Assembly (NCBI GenBank): GCA_021813945.1
Contig: JAKAJD010000001.1
Coordinates: 73,744 to 137,743 of the forward strand
Source: a bacterium
Lineage (GTDB): Bacteria; Patescibacteriota; Microgenomatia; Curtissbacterales; GWA2-41-24
DNA: 64,000 nucleotides
Reading direction: 5' to 3'
Shown piece after piece: positions 59,531 through 64,000 of this stretch; positions within the stretch are counted from its first letter, which is position 1, and each line of letters opens with the position of its first letter. Below the pieces are notes generated by a model, which was given only the letters and a program-made list of their open reading frames with translations, searched no databases and had not been told where the DNA came from. The translations under genes were made by a program, and so were the position numbers.

Positions 59531-60724
59531 ATGAAAGTTTTAATGATTACACCATACTTGCCATACCCCCTGGTTTCCGGCGGTCAAATTAGAACCTACA
59601 ACCTTCTCAAAAACCTTTCTCAAAAACACGAAATAACACTTGCTTCCTTTATCCGCGACCCGCAAGAAGAAAATTACCTCAAGGAGCTAAAACCTTATTG
59701 CAAAAAGGTAATCCTTTTCAAAAGAAGAAAAGCTTGGTCGCCCTTAAATATCATGCTTTCAGCGGTAACTCCTTATCCTTTTTTAGTCAGTATTTATTAC
59801 GGAATCTCCGTCAAGAACCAAATCCAAAAGGAGCTGGAAACACAAAACTATGATCTCATCCACGCCGAAACTTTCTATGTCATGCCAAATATTCCCAAAA
59901 CTAAAGTACCCATTCTTCTTGTGGAACAAGTAATCGAGTATCTTGTTTATCAAAGGTTTGTCGAAAGCCTTCCAAAATATGCTGCCCCCCTAAAACTGCC
60001 GCTTATGTTTGATGTCGCCAAAATAAAAATCTGGGAAAGAACCTATTGGAAAAAAGCCAAACGCCTTGCGGCAATGTCCGAAGAGGACAAGAAATTTATT
60101 CTCAATTTCGACAAAAGCCTAGAAGTAGATGTTGTTGCAAACGGTGTTGACGTCGATTTCTTCACGAAAACCAAAAAAGAAAAAACAAAATACCCAACCG
60201 TTCTTTTTGTGGGTAATTTTAAGTGGCTTCCAAACAGGGATGCTACAAAGTTTTTGGTAGAAGAAATTTGGCCCAAAATTTTAGAAAAAATGCCAGATGC
60301 CCGGCTTTGGATAGTGGGCCGCAATCCACCAAAAGATATCCTTGCCTACTCAAATGAAAATATCAACGTGGATCAAAATGTAGAAGATATAAGAGCAGCT
60401 TACGGAGCCAGTGATGTTCTTTTGGCACCGATTCGAAACGGCCGGGGGACAAAATACAAAATTTTGGAGGCTATGGCAACCAAAACCCCAATTGTTGGAA
60501 CTCGCCTAGCTATAGAAGGCATCAATGTCGAAAATGGCAGGGAAGCTTACGTTGCGTCAAGTGCTGAAGATTTAGCGCAAAAAACGGTGGAGGTTTTGAA
60601 AAATCCTCAAATTGGCAAAAAGCTGGCAGAAAATGCCTATAGCCTCGTTGCCAAAGACTACAACTGGCCAAAGATTTCGGCAAAACTCGATGAGGTATAT
60701 AGAAAAGTTGGTCAAAACCTATGA
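59531..60724 (+). CDS. GT4 glycosyltransferase
   Basis: PYP..SGGQIR, FVGNF...PN, GTKYKILEAM. Confidence 0.9.
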   Translation: MKVLMITPYLPYPLVSGGQIRTYNLLKNLSQKHEITLASFIRDPQEENYLKELKPYCKKVILFKRRKAWSPLNIMLSAVTPYPFLVSIYYGISVKNQIQKELETQNYDLIHAETFYVMPNIPKTKVPILLVEQVIEYLVYQRFVESLPKYAAPLKLPLMFDVAKIKIWERTYWKKAKRLAAMSEEDKKFILNFDKSLEVDVVANGVDVDFFTKTKKEKTKYPTVLFVGNFKWLPNRDATKFLVEEIWPKILEKMPDARLWIVGRNPPKDILAYSNENINVDQNVEDIRAAYGASDVLLAPIRNGRGTKYKILEAMATKTPIVGTRLAIEGINVENGREAYVASSAEDLAQKTVEVLKNPQIGKKLAENAYSLVAKDYNWPKISAKLDEVYRKVGQNL

Positions 60725-61611
60725 AACTCTCAATCGTTATAGTTTCGTATAACACAAAGGAATTGCTGGAAGACTGTCTAAAGTCCATCCAGAATGCAAT
60801 TGGTAAAATCGAAACCGAAACATTTGTGGTTGACAACAACTCTGAAGATGGAACCCAAAAAGAAGTTAAGAAAAACTTTCCATGGGTAAAGTTAATTGCC
60901 AACAACCAAAATCTCGGTTTTTCCAAAGCCAATAACGTCGCTCTAAAAATTGTAAAAGGAGAATATGTCCTAATCCTTAACCCGGATACCGTACTTCAAA
61001 AAGATACGCTATCAAAAATGGCTGATTTCATGGATCAAAATCCGGATATTTCTATGGCAACCTGCAAAGTTGAACTTAAAAGCGGAAAACTGGATTTGGA
61101 CGCCCGGCGCCGCTTTCCAACACCCTGGCGCTCATTTTGCCACTTTTCCCACATTTCAAAGATTTTCAAAAATGTGAATTTTTTTAGCGAATATTACATG
61201 GACGATATCCCCGAAGATCAACAGCATGAGGTTGACGCTTGCGCCGGGGCCTTTATGTTTATCCGATCAAAAGATCTAAAAAAAGTTGGCTTTTTCGATG
61301 AGGATTTTTTCTTTTACGGTGAAGATTTAGATCTTTGTTACAGGTTTAGGCAGCAAGGTTTAAAAATTATCTATACGCCAATTACTAAAATCATCCACTA
61401 CAAAGGGGCATCGTCCGGCATCAAAAAACATTCAAAACACCTCTCTAAAATTAGTAAAGACTCAAAGGCAAAAGCAATAAAGGAATCTACCCGCGCCATG
61501 GAGCTTTTTTATAACAAACATTACAAATCAAAATACCCATTTTTTGTCACTCGTCCCGTGCTTTTAGCAATAGACACACTCACTCTAATTCGCCTTATGA
61601 GGTTAAAATGA
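60721..61611 (+). CDS. GT2 glycosyltransferase (WbbL-like)
   Basis: IVSYN, DNNS.D, LNPD, FFYGEDLDLC. Confidence 0.9.
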   Translation: MKLSIVIVSYNTKELLEDCLKSIQNAIGKIETETFVVDNNSEDGTQKEVKKNFPWVKLIANNQNLGFSKANNVALKIVKGEYVLILNPDTVLQKDTLSKMADFMDQNPDISMATCKVELKSGKLDLDARRRFPTPWRSFCHFSHISKIFKNVNFFSEYYMDDIPEDQQHEVDACAGAFMFIRSKDLKKVGFFDEDFFFYGEDLDLCYRFRQQGLKIIYTPITKIIHYKGASSGIKKHSKHLSKISKDSKAKAIKESTRAMELFYNKHYKSKYPFFVTRPVLLAIDTLTLIRLMRLK

Positions 61612-62732
61612 AAATCGGTATAGATGCTCGTTTTGTTGGCCCTGAAGGAACAGGCCTTGGCAAATACACCGAAAAGCTTATCGAAAATCTTCAAAAAATC
61701 GACTCCGTTAATGAATATGTCATTTTTCTTAGGCAATCAAACTGGTCTTATCTAAATTTAAAAAATAAAAACTTCCAAAAAAAATTAGCAGATGTACCGT
61801 GGTACTCGGCAGAAGAACAGCTTAAAATGCCGGCAATTTACATGTCCCAAAATTTGGATCTTTTGCATGTTCCCCATTTCAATGTGCCGTTTCTATATCG
61901 AAAAAAATTTATTGTTACAATTCACGATTTAATCCACCACCATTTTTCGCAAGAATCTACAACGACAAGAAATCCGCTTATGTTTAAGATCAAAAGATTG
62001 GGGTATAAATCTACGATTGCAAACGCTATCAAAAGATCCCAAAAAATAATTGTCCCCTCAAACTTCGTCAAAAATGAAATCATATCAACTTTTAAGATCG
62101 ACTCCCAAAAAGTTGTTGTCACTTACGAAGCGGCCGAAGAAGAGTACTTTCAAAAGTCAAAAGTCAAAATTCACTTTTCGCAAGAAAACTTGCTCAAAGC
62201 AAGCAAGTCAAAACATGATCAGCTACTTTACGTCGGAAACGCTTATCCGCACAAGAATCTAAATAAGCTGCTGAACGCTATGATGTTTCTTGATCTAAAA
62301 CTTACGATAGTTTCACCACGAAACGTTTTTTCAAAAAGACTTGAGCATGAAGTTAAAAATCGAAGTCTTGATGAAAAGGTGAAAATTACACCTTACCAAG
62401 AACCTTCAGAACTTGTTAAAATCCTAAGATCGAGCGAGGCATATGTTTTCCCCTCCCTTGCCGAAGGGTTTGGCATACCGGGTCTAAACGCTATGGCAGC
62501 AGGTATTCCAGTCGTCGCCGCCAATATCCCAACACTTAAAGAAATCTATGGCGATGCCGCGGTTTATTTCGATCCCCAAGATGCTAATGACATTGCCGAA
62601 AAAATTAAATCAGTTACATTGTCATCTAAAAAAGCAGAGGACTTAATCAAAAAAGGTTTTTACCAAGCCAAAAAATACTCTTGGCTTAAAATGGCCAAAG
62701 AAACACTTGCTGTCTATAACAGTTTAAAATAA
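61608..62732 (+). CDS. GT4 MtfB-like glycosyltransferase
   Basis: IDAR, TIHD, GNAYPHKN, EGFGIPGLNAM. Confidence 0.9.
   Translation: MKIGIDARFVGPEGTGLGKYTEKLIENLQKIDSVNEYVIFLRQSNWSYLNLKNKNFQKKLADVPWYSAEEQLKMPAIYMSQNLDLLHVPHFNVPFLYRKKFIVTIHDLIHHHFSQESTTTRNPLMFKIKRLGYKSTIANAIKRSQKIIVPSNFVKNEIISTFKIDSQKVVVTYEAAEEEYFQKSKVKIHFSQENLLKASKSKHDQLLYVGNAYPHKNLNKLLNAMMFLDLKLTIVSPRNVFSKRLEHEVKNRSLDEKVKITPYQEPSELVKILRSSEAYVFPSLAEGFGIPGLNAMAAGIPVVAANIPTLKEIYGDAAVYFDPQDANDIAEKIKSVTLSSKKAEDLIKKGFYQAKKYSWLKMAKETLAVYNSLK
62150..62213 (+). repeat. Intragenic 7-mer tandem repeat and double hairpin in a GT4 linker
   Basis: TCAAAAG-TCAAAAG-TCAAAAT; TTTTC-GCAA-GAAAA; CTTGCT-CAA-AGCAAG; AAGTCAAAA at 62161 and 62205. 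Confidence 0.6.
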
Positions 62733-62735
62733 AAT
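62707..62735 (+). promoter_or_regulatory. sigma70-like promoter (leaderless type)
   Basis: TTGCTG-17nt-TAAAAT, 6 nt before ATG 62742. Confidence 0.55.
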
Positions 62736-62741
62736 TGCCAA

Positions 62742-63455
62742 ATGCCAAAAGAAATCTTAATTGCCAAAAACATTACAAGGGAAGGTCCTGGTCTTATAGA
62801 AGAGGTGCTTCAGGAAGAAAGTTTACCTTATCGCATAGTTGATTTAAGCCAGGGTCAAGCAATTACTGCGCAAGACTCTTTTGATATCTTAGTTGTTATG
62901 GGAGGGCCAGATAGTGCAAATGACAAAACGCAAAAGATGCAGGCCGAGATCCAATCTGTTGAAGAAGCAATTAAATCCGGGAAACCATTTCTTGGTGTCT
63001 GTTTGGGCCTGCAGGTTATGGTAAAGGCAATGGGTGGGGAAGTAGTAAAAGGCAGCGCTCCAGAAATCGGTTTTCGAAGTCAATCCGGTGGTTTTAACGC
63101 AATAAATCTGACGATAGATGGAAAAAACGACCCTCTTTTCACCGGGCTTGGCTCAACTTTTCGAGTTTTTCACCTCCATGGGGAAACTGTTAATTTAACG
63201 CCCCAAATGAAACTTTTGGGAACCGGACGCGACGTAGACAATCAAATAGTTAGAGTAGGCACCAAAGCTTACGGAATCCAATGCCATTTTGAGCTCACAG
63301 GCGAAATGTTGGAAACTTGGCTTGCGCAGGATGATGATTTAAAAGCACAAGACCAGGGGCAAATAAGGTCCGATTTTGCAGCCAACCGGGCGAAATATAC
63401 CCAAGTCGGAAAAAAACTTGTCAGAAACTTTTTGGAAATTGCCCAAGCAGCTTGA
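62742..63455 (+). CDS. Class I glutamine amidotransferase-like protein
   Basis: EGPG, MGGP, LGVCLGLQ nucleophile elbow, QCHFE. Confidence 0.88.
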   Translation: MPKEILIAKNITREGPGLIEEVLQEESLPYRIVDLSQGQAITAQDSFDILVVMGGPDSANDKTQKMQAEIQSVEEAIKSGKPFLGVCLGLQVMVKAMGGEVVKGSAPEIGFRSQSGGFNAINLTIDGKNDPLFTGLGSTFRVFHLHGETVNLTPQMKLLGTGRDVDNQIVRVGTKAYGIQCHFELTGEMLETWLAQDDDLKAQDQGQIRSDFAANRAKYTQVGKKLVRNFLEIAQAA

Positions 63456-63459
63456 GTCC

Positions 63460-64000
63460 TTAAACGAATCGCTTTATCCACTTGTAAGTTTCCTCAAATA
63501 ATTTTTCCTCAGTTCCATCCTCATCAAAATTGTGTGTCGCGCCTTCAATAGTGGCCTTATCCTTTGGCTCATTCGCGGCATAAAATAATTCATTTCCGTC
63601 CTCGATCATTTCTCCGGCGCCCGCAATGATTATCTTAATTGGTGCTTTAATTTTTGCAATTAATTTCGTCGGAGCTAGTTTTTTATTGTTTTCTTCATAC
63701 ATTTCTTTTCCAATCGTAAAATCCTCAGCCCAGCCCTCTTGAAGTAAATACTTATCAATCGCCTTTACGTATTTTGCCTTAAGATGAACGTCTTTGTCCC
63801 CCGAAGAATCCCAAAGAATAGCAGCATCAAAATCTTGTTTTTGAGATAGTAAAACCGTTACTCCACCAAAACTATGGCCTGCGACAAATATTTTCTTAAC
63901 TCCTTTTTCCCTAAAATAAGAAATCACTGTATCCAAATCTTTACCTAAAAGTGAAAGAGGGGAGTCGTTCAACTTTCTAGCTCCCTCACGCCAGCTGTAT
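63460..64000 (-). CDS. Alpha/beta hydrolase, 5'-truncated by the window edge
   Basis: GHSFGG, GATHNF; frame stays open to the window end (YSWREGARKLND...). Confidence 0.82.
   Translation of the reverse strand, partial: YSWREGARKLNDSPLSLLGKDLDTVISYFREKGVKKIFVAGHSFGGVTVLLSQKQDFDAAILWDSSGDKDVHLKAKYVKAIDKYLLQEGWAEDFTIGKEMYEENNKKLAPTKLIAKIKAPIKIIIAGAGEMIEDGNELFYAANEPKDKATIEGATHNFDEDGTEEKLFEETYKWIKRFV

Noticed and set aside
1-64000. CRISPR array, tRNA/rRNA, IS/transposase, prophage or alternative genetic code
   Set aside because: Intergenic gaps are 135 bp or less with no repeat-spacer or cloverleaf pattern, no mobile-element ORFs are present, and TGA terminates many genes in ATGA overlaps, consistent with code 11.
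62742-64000. GATase and alpha/beta hydrolase as parts of the glycan system
   Set aside because: The GATase has its own promoter-like signal and no partner synthetase nearby, so both more likely mark the locus boundary. A role cannot be excluded.

Overview
This window is almost entirely one very large, densely packed surface-glycosylation locus of about 62.7 kb with roughly 60 genes. The genome is AT-rich, uses standard code 11 (TGA is used as stop) and shows no Shine-Dalgarno motifs. Gene content and architecture resemble a Patescibacteria/CPR (Microgenomates-like) genome, which is an inference. The locus encodes about 14 multi-pass GT-C-type or putative GT-C membrane proteins, 5 polyprenol-phosphate (DPM-synthase-like) GT2s, about 12 GT4/GT-B and 4 other GT2 enzymes, 2 Wzx flippases, an O-antigen-ligase-family protein and an EamA/ArnEF-like fragment. 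Tailoring enzymes include 5 SAM methyltransferases, 2 LbH acyltransferases, a GNAT and a formyltransferase. Nucleotide-sugar enzymes include a ColD-like His-for-Lys PLP enzyme with Fcl/ColC, UDP-GlcA decarboxylase, UDP-GlcA epimerase, WecE-like and FdtB-like aminotransferases, an SDR lacking YxxxK and a mini sugar-dehydrogenase. The most notable signals are: (1) repeated 'sugar synthesis + lipid-P loader + GT-C' modules, suggesting an extracytoplasmic, lipid-donor glycan-decoration system; (2) -10 boxes 6-7 nt before start codons at most operon heads (leaderless mRNA), with stop/start coupling elsewhere; (3) two gene-junction duplication scars and a repeat/hairpin insert in a GT linker. No rRNA, tRNA, CRISPR or transposase was recognised. 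All assignments come from motif reading by eye, and no searches were run.
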